Part shown: positions 28,584 to 38,218 of the stretch, piece after piece
Numbering within the stretch: position 1 is the stretch's first letter
How the letters are laid out: every line of letters begins with the position of its first letter
Source: a virus
Taxonomy: Duplodnaviria; Caudoviricetes
Virus record (IMG/VR): IMGVR_UViG_3300028374_000002
Location: 32,001 to 96,000 of that record
Strand: one strand, 5' to 3'
DNA: 64,000 nucleotides
Position numbers and translations under genes: made by a program
The notes under the pieces: model-generated
Seen by the model: only the letters and a program-made list of their open reading frames with translations
What the model was told of the DNA's origin: nothing
Databases searched by the model: none

Positions 28584-29388
28584 TTATATTAAGACACCTT
28601 TTAATTATACAGGTAGTAAATTTAAGATACTAAATCAGATAATACCAGAGATGGATTATAATAAGCCATACTTTTGTGACTTATTTTGTGGTGGTGGTTC
28701 TGTTTATACAAATATACTAGAACATTACGACAAAATATTAGCAAATGATATAATAGAAGATTTAATAGACATACATAAGCTTATATTAGTAGATGATAGC
28801 ATCATAGAAGATACAAAAGCATTATGTCCTGGTAAAGATAACAAAGAAGGATTTCTGTCGCTTAGAAGCTCTTATAATGAACATAAAACACCTTCTAAAT
28901 TATGGGCATTAATGCTATCATCAACAAATAATATGATGAGATTCAATAAGAAATTTCTATACAATCAAACTTATGGGAATAGGGGATGGAATCCTAACAC
29001 AGATAATAAAGTTAATGAGTTCAAAACAGAATTAAGAAAATATGGACATAAGATAAGATATACTTCTAAAAGCTTTAGTGATGTTAAAATATCATCTGAT
29101 AAAGTAATGTTATATTGTGATCCACCATATTCAAATACAGAAGCTGGTTATAATGCTTATTGGGAAAAGGATGATGACCAGAAGCTATATGAATATCTGA
29201 AAAATATAGATTCGAGTGGTTCTTCATTTATGGTTTCTGGTTCTTTAAAACATGATAATAAATCTTGCTTTTTACTAGATGAATTAATAAAGGATGGTTA
29301 TTCAGTAAAAAAGATAGAACACAATTATAACAAAGTATCTAGAAGCGGTAATAAGAAGACAGAGGAAATAATTATAATAAACTACTAG
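28576..29388 (+). CDS. dam: DNA adenine methyltransferase (Dam/D12 class)
   Basis: PFNYTGSK, DLFCGGGSV (motif I), ANDII, YCDPPY (motif IV). Confidence 0.92.
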   Translation: MDNYIKTPFNYTGSKFKILNQIIPEMDYNKPYFCDLFCGGGSVYTNILEHYDKILANDIIEDLIDIHKLILVDDSIIEDTKALCPGKDNKEGFLSLRSSYNEHKTPSKLWALMLSSTNNMMRFNKKFLYNQTYGNRGWNPNTDNKVNEFKTELRKYGHKIRYTSKSFSDVKISSDKVMLYCDPPYSNTEAGYNAYWEKDDDQKLYEYLKNIDSSGSSFMVSGSLKHDNKSCFLLDELIKDGYSVKKIEHNYNKVSRSGNKKTEEIIIINY

Positions 29389-29410
29389 GGATATATTAAA
29401 TAGTTTAATT

Positions 29411-29419
29411 TAATATATA
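29411..29419 (+). promoter_or_regulatory. Putative late promoter at the head of the LRR array
   Basis: TAATATATA 4 nt before the first ATG; no other intergenic space exists inside the array. Confidence 0.6.
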
Positions 29420-29423
29420 CTCT

Positions 29424-30155
29424 ATGAAACACATAAAATCTTACAAGATATTCGAGAGTGCTAGTCCTAACTTCCCAACTACAAGAGAGGAAGTTATAGA
29501 AGTTTGTGAAAAATATAAAATAGAAAAATATAGTATTAATGATGATTTAAGTATTGATGTTGATGGTGATGTTTATTTAGATGGTCAAAGCTTAGAATAC
29601 TTACCACTTAAATTTAATTATATAGAGGGTAGCTTTGATTGTCATTTTAATGAATTAAAATCATTAGAGGGTTGTCCAGAAAAAGTGGGTGGAACTTTTA
29701 ACTGTTCTTTTAATCAATTAAAAACATTAGAAGGTAGCCCACGAACAATAAATGGTCGTTTTAGTTGTTCTAATAATGAATTAAAAACATTAGAATTTAG
29801 CCCACAAACAGTAGGTGGTACTTTTCGTTGTATACATAATGAATTAAAGACATTAAAAGGTAGCCCACAAACAGTAGGTGGTAATTTTTCTTGTTCTCAT
29901 AATGAATTAAAAGATTTAGAACATTTCCCAGAAGTAAATAGTAGAATAGACATATTTGAAAACACAGTAAATTTATTAGTGTATACCTTTATTAAAAAAG
30001 CTGATAGCTTTATGATAGAAGACTTTGTAGATTATGAAATAGTCAGAAACAGAGATACTGTTATGCTAGATAGGCTTCAAACTTTTATAAGAGATAACGA
30101 TTTAGAAATGCCTGATTTGGAAGAAATTAAAAAAGAATATAAAATAATAGAATAG
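29424..30155 (+). CDS. LRR-like array paralogue 1 (4 internal repeats)
   Basis: MKHIKSYKIFES cap; LxxLEGxPxxVxGxFxCxxNx repeats; conserved ...YKIIE cap. Confidence 0.95.
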   Translation: MKHIKSYKIFESASPNFPTTREEVIEVCEKYKIEKYSINDDLSIDVDGDVYLDGQSLEYLPLKFNYIEGSFDCHFNELKSLEGCPEKVGGTFNCSFNQLKTLEGSPRTINGRFSCSNNELKTLEFSPQTVGGTFRCIHNELKTLKGSPQTVGGNFSCSHNELKDLEHFPEVNSRIDIFENTVNLLVYTFIKKADSFMIEDFVDYEIVRNRDTVMLDRLQTFIRDNDLEMPDLEEIKKEYKIIE

Positions 30156-30156
30156 A

Positions 30157-30888
30157 ATGAAACATATAAAACCTTATAAAATATTCGAGAATAAAAGTCC
30201 TAACTTCCCAACTACAAGAGAGGAAGTTATACAAGTGTGTGAAAAGTATGAAATAGAAAATTATACCATAAACGATGATTTAAGTATTGGTGTTGATGGT
30301 AGTGTATATTTAGAGAAGAAAAAATTAGAATACTTACCACTTAAATTTAATTATGTGAGTGGTACATTTATATGTTCTAGTAATAAATTAAAGTCATTAG
30401 AAGGTTGTCCACAAACAGTAAGTGGTAGTTTTTATTGCTTTAATAATAAACTAGAATCATTAGAAGGTAGTCCACAAACAGTAAATGGGGATTTTTATTG
30501 CTTTAATAATAATTTAAAAACATTAAAAGGGTGTCCACAAACAGTAAATGGTAATTTCAGTTGTGACAATAATGAATTAAAATCATTAAAAGGTTGCCCA
30601 CAAACAGTAAATGGTAATTTTGGCTGTAAAGATAATGAATTAAAAGACTTAGAACATTTTCCAGAAGTAAATGGTATTATAGACATAAGGGGAAATCCAG
30701 TAAATCTCTTAACATATACCTTTATCAAAAATGCTGATAGCTTTATGATAGAAGATTTTAACGACTATGAAATAGTTAGAAATAGAGATACTGTTATGTT
30801 AGATAGATTAAAAACCTTCATAGAAGGATTTGATTTAGAAATGCCTAATTTGGAAGAAATTAAAAAGCACTATAAAATAATAGAATAA
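30157..30888 (+). CDS. LRR-like array paralogue 2 (4 repeats)
   Basis: Same architecture; first 208 nt identical to paralogue 7. Confidence 0.95.
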   Translation: MKHIKPYKIFENKSPNFPTTREEVIQVCEKYEIENYTINDDLSIGVDGSVYLEKKKLEYLPLKFNYVSGTFICSSNKLKSLEGCPQTVSGSFYCFNNKLESLEGSPQTVNGDFYCFNNNLKTLKGCPQTVNGNFSCDNNELKSLKGCPQTVNGNFGCKDNELKDLEHFPEVNGIIDIRGNPVNLLTYTFIKNADSFMIEDFNDYEIVRNRDTVMLDRLKTFIEGFDLEMPNLEEIKKHYKIIE

Positions 30889-30890
30889 AC

Positions 30891-31622
30891 ATGAAACACA
30901 TAAAACCTTACAAAATATTTGAGAGTGCTGAGCCTAACTTCCCAACTACAAGAGAAGAAGTTATAAAGGTATGTAGAAGATATAAAATATATAGCTACAC
31001 TATTAATGATGATTTAAGTATTGATGTTGATGGTGATGTTGAATTATATAGTAAAAATTTAGAATACTTACCGCTTAAATTTAATTATGTAAATGGTTAT
31101 TTTAATTGTGATTATAACAACTTAAAAACATTAGAAGGGTGTCCACAAACGGTAGATGGGGTTTTTGATTGCTCTCAAAATGAATTAAAATCATTAAAAG
31201 GTTGCCCACAAACAATAGGAATGGATTTTTATTGTAGCTTTAATGAATTAGAAACACTAGAAGGTAGTCCATCAGTAGTGAATGCTAATTTTCTATGTGA
31301 TGATAATGAATTAACGACATTAAAAGGTTGTCCACAAACAGTAAGTGGTGGCTTTAACTGTAAATTTAATAAATTAACAGATTTGGAACACTTCCCAGAA
31401 GTAAATGGTATTATAGCCATAAGGGGAAATCCAGTAGATTTATTAGTACATACTTTTATCGAAACTGCTGATAGCTTTATGATCGAAGATTTTGTAGATT
31501 ATGAGATTGTTAGAAATGGTGATACTGTTATGTTAGATAGACTTCAGACCTTCATTAGGGATAACGATTTAGAAATGCCTAACTTGGAAGACATCAAAGA
31601 ACACTATAAAATAATAGAATAG
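30891..31622 (+). CDS. LRR-like array paralogue 3 (4 repeats)
   Basis: Same architecture. Confidence 0.95.
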   Translation: MKHIKPYKIFESAEPNFPTTREEVIKVCRRYKIYSYTINDDLSIDVDGDVELYSKNLEYLPLKFNYVNGYFNCDYNNLKTLEGCPQTVDGVFDCSQNELKSLKGCPQTIGMDFYCSFNELETLEGSPSVVNANFLCDDNELTTLKGCPQTVSGGFNCKFNKLTDLEHFPEVNGIIAIRGNPVDLLVHTFIETADSFMIEDFVDYEIVRNGDTVMLDRLQTFIRDNDLEMPNLEDIKEHYKIIE

Positions 31623-31623
31623 A

Positions 31624-32229
31624 ATGAAACATATAAAACCCTATAAAATATTCGAGAGTGTTAGTCATAACTTCCCAACTACAAGAGAGGAAGTTGTAAA
31701 AGTGTGTGAATATTACAAAATAGAAAATTACACTATTAATGATGATTTAAGTATTGATGTTGATGGATCTATTGGCTTATATAATAAAAATTTAGAACAC
31801 TTGCCACTTAAATTTAACTATGTAGATGGTGGTTTTCATTGTAATCGTAATAAATTAAAATCATTAGAAGGTTGTCCAAAAACAGTAAATGGTGATTTTT
31901 ATTGCTTTACTAATGAATTAGAGACATTAGAAGGTTGTCCGCAAACAGTAGGTGGTGATTTTTATTGCTTTACTAATGAATTAAAAGACTTAGAACATTT
32001 CCCAGAAGTAAATGGTAGAATAGATATAGAGGAAAATCCAGTAGATTTATTAGTACATACTTTCATTGATAATGCTGATAGCTTTATGATAGAAGATTTT
32101 AACGACTATGAAATAGTTAGAAACAGAGATACTGTTATGTTAGATAGGCTTCAAACATTTATTAGAGATAACGATTTAGAGATGCCTAATTTGGATAACA
32201 TTAAAGAACACTATAAAATAATAGAATAA
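31624..32229 (+). CDS. LRR-like array paralogue 4 (2 repeats)
   Basis: Same architecture, 201 aa. Confidence 0.95.
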   Translation: MKHIKPYKIFESVSHNFPTTREEVVKVCEYYKIENYTINDDLSIDVDGSIGLYNKNLEHLPLKFNYVDGGFHCNRNKLKSLEGCPKTVNGDFYCFTNELETLEGCPQTVGGDFYCFTNELKDLEHFPEVNGRIDIEENPVDLLVHTFIDNADSFMIEDFNDYEIVRNRDTVMLDRLQTFIRDNDLEMPNLDNIKEHYKIIE

Positions 32230-32230
32230 A

Positions 32231-32899
32231 ATGAAACATATAAAACCTTATAAAATATTCGAGAGCAATAGTCCTAAATTTCCAACTACAAGAGAGGAAG
32301 TTATACAAGTGTGTAAAAAGTATAAAATAATAGATTATACTATTAATGATGATTTAAGTATTGATGTTGATGGTGATGTTGAATTATATAGACAAAGATT
32401 AGAATATCTACCACTTAAATTTAATTATGTAAGTGGTAATTTTAATTGTTTTGTTAATAAATTAAAAACATTAGAAGGTAGTCCACAAACAGTATTTGGA
32501 TATTTTAACTGTGGTGGCAATGAATTAAAATCGTTAGAAGGTAGTCCACAAACAGTAGGTGGGCGTTTTAATTGTTATTTTAATGAGTTAGTATCATTAG
32601 AAGGTAGTCCACAAACAGTAGATGGTGATTTTGATTGTTCCTATAATGAATTAAAAGACTTAGAACATTTCCCAGAAGTAAATGGAACTATAGATATAGA
32701 AGATAATATAGTATATTGTTTAGTATATACCTTTATTAATAAAGCGGATAGCTTTATGATAGAAGATTTTATAGACTATGAAATAGTTAGAAACAGAGAT
32801 ACTGTTATGTTAGATAGGCTTCAAACTTTTATAAGAGATAACGATTTAGAAATGCCTAATCTGGAAGAAATTAAAAAAGACTATAAAATAATAGAATAA
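32231..32899 (+). CDS. LRR-like array paralogue 5 (3 repeats)
   Basis: Same architecture, 222 aa. Confidence 0.95.
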   Translation: MKHIKPYKIFESNSPKFPTTREEVIQVCKKYKIIDYTINDDLSIDVDGDVELYRQRLEYLPLKFNYVSGNFNCFVNKLKTLEGSPQTVFGYFNCGGNELKSLEGSPQTVGGRFNCYFNELVSLEGSPQTVDGDFDCSYNELKDLEHFPEVNGTIDIEDNIVYCLVYTFINKADSFMIEDFIDYEIVRNRDTVMLDRLQTFIRDNDLEMPNLEEIKKDYKIIE

Positions 32900-32901
32900 A
32901 C

Positions 32902-33951
32902 ATGAAACATATAAAACCTTATAAAATATTCGAGAATAAAAGTCCTAACTTCCCAACTACAAGGGATGAAGTTATAGAAGTGTGTAAAAGATATGGTATA
33001 GAAGACTACACTATTAATGATAATTTAAGCATTGATGTTGATGGTGATGTTGATTTAGGGAGGGTATACTTAGAATATTTACCACTTAAATTTAATTATG
33101 TGAGTGGTTATTTTGATTGTAATTATAATGAATTAAAGACATTAGAAGGTTGTCCAACAACAGTAGGGGGTAGCTTTTATTGCTATGGTAATCAATTAGA
33201 GACATTAGAAGGTTGTCCACAAACAATAGGTGGTGATTTTTATTGTAACATCAATATTTTAGAAACATTAGAAGGTTGTCCACAAACAGTAGAGGGTTAT
33301 TTTGATTGTAGCCATAATGGATTAACGTCATTAGAAGGTAGTCCACAAACAGTAACTGGGGGTTTTGGTTGTTCTAGCAATGAATTAACAACATTAAAAG
33401 GTTGTCCACAAACAGCGGGTAAGTATTTTGATTGCTCTTCTAATAAAAAATTAAAATCATTGAAGGGTTGTCCACAAAAAGTAGAGGGGGATTTTAATTG
33501 TAGTGGAAATAACTTAAAAACATTAGAAGGTGGCCCACAGACAGTGGGTGGTAATTTTCAGTGTTATTATAATAGTTTGGAAACATTAAAAGGTTGTCTA
33601 CAAACAGTAGATGGGGATTTTAATTGTCATTTTAATAAATTAGAAACACTAGAGGGTGGTCCACAAACAGTAAATGGGAATTTTCGTTGTTTTAATAATA
33701 AATTAAAAGACTTAGAACACTTCCCAGAAGTAAATGGTAGAATAGATATAAAGAAAAACACAGTAAATTTATTAGTATATACCTTTATTGAAAATGCTGA
33801 TAGTTTTATCGTAGAAGATTTTAACGACTATGAAATAGTTAGAAACAGAGATACTGTTATGTTAGATAGGCTTCAAACATTTATTAGAGATAACGATTTA
33901 GAGATGCCTAATTTGGATAACATTAAAGAACACTATAAAATAATAGAATAA
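32902..33951 (+). CDS. LRR-like array paralogue 6 (9 repeats)
   Basis: Same architecture, 349 aa. Confidence 0.95.
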   Translation: MKHIKPYKIFENKSPNFPTTRDEVIEVCKRYGIEDYTINDNLSIDVDGDVDLGRVYLEYLPLKFNYVSGYFDCNYNELKTLEGCPTTVGGSFYCYGNQLETLEGCPQTIGGDFYCNINILETLEGCPQTVEGYFDCSHNGLTSLEGSPQTVTGGFGCSSNELTTLKGCPQTAGKYFDCSSNKKLKSLKGCPQKVEGDFNCSGNNLKTLEGGPQTVGGNFQCYYNSLETLKGCLQTVDGDFNCHFNKLETLEGGPQTVNGNFRCFNNKLKDLEHFPEVNGRIDIKKNTVNLLVYTFIENADSFIVEDFNDYEIVRNRDTVMLDRLQTFIRDNDLEMPNLDNIKEHYKIIE

Positions 33952-33952
33952 A

Positions 33953-34684
33953 ATGAAACATATAAAACCTTATAAAATATTCGAGAATAAAAGTCCTAAC
34001 TTCCCAACTACAAGAGAGGAAGTTATACAAGTGTGTGAAAAGTATGAAATAGAAAATTATACCATAAACGATGATTTAAGTATTGGTGTTGATGGTAGTG
34101 TATATTTAGAGAAGAAAAAATTAGAATACTTACCACTTAAATTTAATTATGTGAGTGGTAATTTTTATTGTCATCATAATAAATTAAAATCGTTAGAAGG
34201 TAGTCCACAAACAGTAGAGGGGGATTTTAAATGTGCTTATAATAAATTAAAGACATTAGAAGATAGCCCACAAACAGTAGGTGGGCGTTTTATTTGTTAT
34301 TTTAATGAGTTAGTATCATTAGAAGGTAGTCCACAAACAGTAGATGGTGATTTTGATTGTTCCTATAATGAATTAGAAACACTAGAGGGTGGTTCACAAA
34401 CAGTAAATGGTAATTTTGATTGTTATAGTAATGAATTAAAGGACTTAGAACATTTCCCAGAAGTAAATGGAACTATAGATATGGGGGCAAATCTAGTAAA
34501 TCTATTAGTATATACTTTTATTGAAAATGCTGATATCTTTATGATAGAAGATTTTATAGATTATGAAATAGTTAGAAATAGAGATACTGTTATGTTTGAC
34601 AGATTAGAAACTTTTATAAGAGATAATGATTTAAAAATGCCTGATTTGGAAGAAATTAAAAAACACTATAAAATAATAGAATAA
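33953..34684 (+). CDS. LRR-like array paralogue 7 (4 repeats, mosaic)
   Basis: Segments identical or near-identical to paralogues 2, 10 and 5. Confidence 0.95.
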   Translation: MKHIKPYKIFENKSPNFPTTREEVIQVCEKYEIENYTINDDLSIGVDGSVYLEKKKLEYLPLKFNYVSGNFYCHHNKLKSLEGSPQTVEGDFKCAYNKLKTLEDSPQTVGGRFICYFNELVSLEGSPQTVDGDFDCSYNELETLEGGSQTVNGNFDCYSNELKDLEHFPEVNGTIDMGANLVNLLVYTFIENADIFMIEDFIDYEIVRNRDTVMFDRLETFIRDNDLKMPDLEEIKKHYKIIE

Positions 34685-34686
34685 AC

Positions 34687-35484
34687 ATGAAACATATAAA
34701 ACCTTATAAAATATTCGAGAGCAATGGGCCTAACTTTCCAACTACAAAAGAGGAGGTTATAGAAGTGTGTAAAAAGTATAAAATAATAGATTATACTATT
34801 AATGATGATTTAAGTATTGATGTTGATAGTTATGTTAGATTAGATAGTAAAAATTTAGAATACTTACCACTTAGATTTAATTATGTGAGTGGTGGATTTT
34901 CTTGTTGTAGAAATATATTAGTATCGTTAGAAGGTAGTCCACAAACAGTAGGTGGTGATTTTGACTGTCAAGGTAATGAATTAAAAACATTAGAAGGTAG
35001 TCCACAAACAGTGGGTACTAACTTTGAATGTTCTTATAATAACAAACTAGAAACATTAGAAGGTTGTCCACAAACAGTTGGTGGTTATTTTGGTTGTTCA
35101 CTTAATGAATTAAAATCATTAAAAGGTTGTCCACAAACAGTAGGTGGTGATTTTGATTGTTTTGGAAATGAATTAAAATCATTAGAAGGTTGTCCATCGG
35201 TAGTTAATGGTAATTTTAATTGTTCTTTTAATAAATTAAAAGATTTAGAACACATATCAGAAGTAAGTGGTAATATAGACATAAGACACAATGTAGTATA
35301 TTTACTGATGTATACCTTCATTGATAAAGCTGATAGCTTTATGATAGAAGATTTTATAGACTATGAAATAGTTAGAAATAGAGATACTGTTATGTTAGAT
35401 AGGCTTCAAACATTTATTAGAGATAACGATTTAGAGATGCCTAATTTGGATAACATTAAAGAACACTATAAAATAATAGAATAA
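34687..35484 (+). CDS. LRR-like array paralogue 8 (5 repeats)
   Basis: Same architecture, 265 aa. Confidence 0.95.
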   Translation: MKHIKPYKIFESNGPNFPTTKEEVIEVCKKYKIIDYTINDDLSIDVDSYVRLDSKNLEYLPLRFNYVSGGFSCCRNILVSLEGSPQTVGGDFDCQGNELKTLEGSPQTVGTNFECSYNNKLETLEGCPQTVGGYFGCSLNELKSLKGCPQTVGGDFDCFGNELKSLEGCPSVVNGNFNCSFNKLKDLEHISEVSGNIDIRHNVVYLLMYTFIDKADSFMIEDFIDYEIVRNRDTVMLDRLQTFIRDNDLEMPNLDNIKEHYKIIE

Positions 35485-35486
35485 AC

Positions 35487-36098
35487 ATGAAACATATAAA
35501 ACCTTATAAGATATTCGAGAGTGTTGGTCCTAACTTCCCAACTACAAGAAAGGAAGTTATACAAGTGTGTAATGGGTATAGAATAAAAAACTATACTATT
35601 AATGATGATTTAAGTATCGATGTTGATGGTGATGTTCATTTATATAGTAAAAATTTAGAATACTTACCACTTAGATTTAGTTATGTGAGTGGTGCATTTC
35701 TATGTTATGATAATGAATTAAAAACATTAGAAGGTTGTCCACAAACAGTAGGTAGGTCTTTTTCCTGTTCTAATAATTTTTTAGTATCGTTGAAAGGATG
35801 TCCACAAACAGTACGTGGTAGTTTTAATTGCTCTTATAATAAAATAACAGACTTAGAACACTTTCCAGAAGATAGTCAGGTCATATACATAGAAAATAAT
35901 CCAATATACAATCTAATAAATACGTTTATTTTTAAACCAAAAACTGATAGCTTTATGATAGAAGACTTTATAGATTATGAAATAGTTAGAAACAGAGATA
36001 CTGTTATGTTAGATAGACTTCAAACATTCATTAGAGATAACGATTTAGAAATGCCTGACTTAGAAGAAATTAAAAAAAAATATAAAATAATAGAATAG
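35487..36098 (+). CDS. LRR-like array paralogue 9 (2 repeats)
   Basis: Same architecture, 203 aa. Confidence 0.95.
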   Translation: MKHIKPYKIFESVGPNFPTTRKEVIQVCNGYRIKNYTINDDLSIDVDGDVHLYSKNLEYLPLRFSYVSGAFLCYDNELKTLEGCPQTVGRSFSCSNNFLVSLKGCPQTVRGSFNCSYNKITDLEHFPEDSQVIYIENNPIYNLINTFIFKPKTDSFMIEDFIDYEIVRNRDTVMLDRLQTFIRDNDLEMPDLEEIKKKYKIIE

Positions 36099-36100
36099 AC

Positions 36101-36832
36101 ATGAAACATATAAAACCTTATAAGATATTCGAAAGCAATGGTCCTAAATTTCCAACTACAAGAGAGGAAGTTATACAAGTGTGTAAAAAGTATAAAATAA
36201 TAGATTATACTATTAATGATGATTTGAGCATTGATGTTGATGGTGGTGTATATTTAAACAGAAGATACTTAGAATATTTACCACTTAAATTTAATTATGT
36301 GAGTGGTAATTTTTATTGTCATCATAATAAATTAAAATCGTTAGAAGGTAGTCCACAAACAGTAGAGGGGGATTTTAAATGTTATTTTAATAAATTAAAG
36401 ACATTAGAAGGATGTCCACAAACGATTAGTGGTAGTTTTAATTGCTCTGATAATTATTTGAAACTATTAAAAGGTTGTCCACAAACAGTAGATGGTAGCT
36501 TTGATTGTTCATATAATAAATTAATATCATTAGAGGATGGTCCACAAACAGTAGGTGGTTATTTTGAATGCGATAATAATAAATTAACTGATATGGAACA
36601 CTTCCCAGAAGTAAATGGTCCTATAATCATAGATGGGAATCCAGTAAACTCTTTAATATTTACCTTTATCAAAAACGCAGATAGTTTTCTCATAGAAGAT
36701 TTCGTAGATTATGAAATAGTTAGAAATGGCGATACTGTTATGTTAGATAGGCTTCGAACTTTAATTAATGATAATGATTTAAAAATGCCTGACTTAGAAG
36801 GTATTAAAAAGCACTATAAAATAATAGAATAA
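36101..36832 (+). CDS. LRR-like array paralogue 10 (4 repeats)
   Basis: Same architecture, 243 aa. Confidence 0.95.
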   Translation: MKHIKPYKIFESNGPKFPTTREEVIQVCKKYKIIDYTINDDLSIDVDGGVYLNRRYLEYLPLKFNYVSGNFYCHHNKLKSLEGSPQTVEGDFKCYFNKLKTLEGCPQTISGSFNCSDNYLKLLKGCPQTVDGSFDCSYNKLISLEDGPQTVGGYFECDNNKLTDMEHFPEVNGPIIIDGNPVNSLIFTFIKNADSFLIEDFVDYEIVRNGDTVMLDRLRTLINDNDLKMPDLEGIKKHYKIIE

Positions 36833-36835
36833 TGA

Positions 36836-37108
36836 TTAAATATCACTTAAATCAAAATTTGTTGTTTTTATTTTATAACAATTTGTCCAAAACTCAGTCA
36901 CAAAGTCTATAACAGTATCTGATTTAATTCTATCATTTTTATTTATCTCATTCTTTTCAGTATCACTAGAACATCTTTGGACATCAGCAATACCAGCAAA
37001 GAAGAATATATAAGCTTCTCCAATTTCTATGACATCAGTGTTTTCATAACATTCAAAATCATACTCTACATTTGAATGTCCTTCAATTTCTCTCTTAAAA
37101 TTTTTCAT
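36836..37108 (-). CDS. Hypothetical protein (90 aa)
   Basis: Start moved to MKNFKREIE (37108); -7 box upstream. Confidence 0.7.
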   Translation of the reverse strand: MKNFKREIEGHSNVEYDFECYENTDVIEIGEAYIFFFAGIADVQRCSSDTEKNEINKNDRIKSDTVIDFVTEFWTNCYKIKTTNFDLSDI

Positions 37109-37129
37109 AGTACAAATTGTTTTATAAAG

Positions 37130-37137
37130 CAAATATA
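37130..37137 (-). promoter_or_regulatory. Bacteroidota -7 box (TATATTTG)
   Basis: Exact match 21 nt upstream of 37108. Confidence 0.6.
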
Positions 37138-37198
37138 CAACATATAATATGAAAACCTAATAAATATAGATAATAATTATAAAGGGAGGTGTTTATAT

Positions 37199-37303
37199 TA
37201 ATATATACGTTAGCTGTTCACTGCTTATGTCGGATATCATTATGGTGTCTTAAAGATTTGATTAAGAATCAAAGATATAGGTTTAAAAATAAAAAGAATA
37301 ACT
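37199..37303 (+). promoter_or_regulatory. TAATATATA promoter plus a structured 5' leader of about 92 nt
   Basis: Hairpins GGAUAUCA-UUA-UGGUGUCU (pairs only with G-U wobble on the + strand) and UUUGAUU-AAG-AAUCAAA. Confidence 0.45.
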
Positions 37304-38140
37304 ATGAAAAAACAAATTTTAAATCCTAAGCCTAATGCTTGGGTCGTATCTTCTAAAGACAAAGGAAGAAAATCGATTAAAAATGGAAAAGTTTATCTAA
37401 AAAATAAAGAAAACTTTGAAATAGAATTATTTAATCCACTAAGTGAAAATATCTTAGCAGATATTAAGATAAATAAGACTTCTATTTCAGAAAATGGACT
37501 CATTGTAAAACCAGGACAAAGAGTATATTTAGACTGCTTTATTGACGACTTAAAAAAGTTTATATTTGAAACATATAATATTGAGGAATCACCAGAAGCC
37601 AAAGAAGCTATTTCTAATAATGGTGTGGTTGATGTATATTTCTATAAAGAAGAAGTGAAACAATTTAACATACCATTGAACCAATATTGGTATGGTGGAT
37701 ATCAGAAATATCCAATTACTTACCCCCATCCCTATCCTTGGTGTACATACACTACTAATACTGGAACGAGTTTTAATTTAAATAGTGGTAATTATACATT
37801 AACTAATAATAGTTCATCTAATTCAACGTTAACTAGTGATGTTCTTGGATTAGATGTAAGTAGTAGTATTGAAACTGGAAGAGTTGAAAGGGGTGATGTT
37901 TCAAATCAAAACTTTCAAAGTGTAGAAATGGATTTCGAAAGCTATTGTATATCTTCTGTTTCTATTATGCTATTACCAGAGAGTATAAAGCCTATTGAAA
38001 TAATTAAAAAGAAAGGTAAATCAAAAAATTCAGATGGTGTTATAGAATTAATAAACAAATTACATAATTTACTTGAAAGTGATGTTATAACAGAAGAAGA
38101 ATTTTCTAATAAAAAGAAAGAACTCCTCAATAGAATATAA
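37304..38140 (+). CDS. Conserved-looking phage protein with C-terminal SHOCT-like domain
   Basis: FEIELFNP...KPGQRVYL...ETGRVERG; C-terminal IELINKLHNLLESDVITEEEFSNKKKELL fits the SHOCT pattern. Confidence 0.75.
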   Translation: MKKQILNPKPNAWVVSSKDKGRKSIKNGKVYLKNKENFEIELFNPLSENILADIKINKTSISENGLIVKPGQRVYLDCFIDDLKKFIFETYNIEESPEAKEAISNNGVVDVYFYKEEVKQFNIPLNQYWYGGYQKYPITYPHPYPWCTYTTNTGTSFNLNSGNYTLTNNSSSNSTLTSDVLGLDVSSSIETGRVERGDVSNQNFQSVEMDFESYCISSVSIMLLPESIKPIEIIKKKGKSKNSDGVIELINKLHNLLESDVITEEEFSNKKKELLNRI

Positions 38141-38161
38141 ATTAATAATCGAACAGCTATT

Positions 38162-38191
38162 AAAAACCACTATGAACACATAGTGGTTTTT
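38162..38191 (+). terminator. Intrinsic terminator
   Basis: AAAAACCACTATG-AACA-CATAGTGGTTTTT, immediately followed by the next TAATATATA. Confidence 0.9.
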
Positions 38192-38218
38192 TAATATATA
38201 ATAAAAATAACCATAAAT

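Larger units (their letters stand above)
29424..36832 (+). repeat. Tandem array of 10 paralogous genes built from 63-nt coding repeats
   Basis: Ten ORFs separated by 1-2 nt, with near-identical 5' and 3' ends. Lengths differ in steps of 21 aa (201, 222, 243, 265, 349). Confidence 0.97.

Noticed and set aside
29424-36832. CRISPR array or DGR interpretation of the 63-nt repeats
   Set aside because: The repeats are in-frame coding units without unique spacers. No reverse transcriptase or template repeat is visible in the window, and the variation is not obviously limited to adenines.
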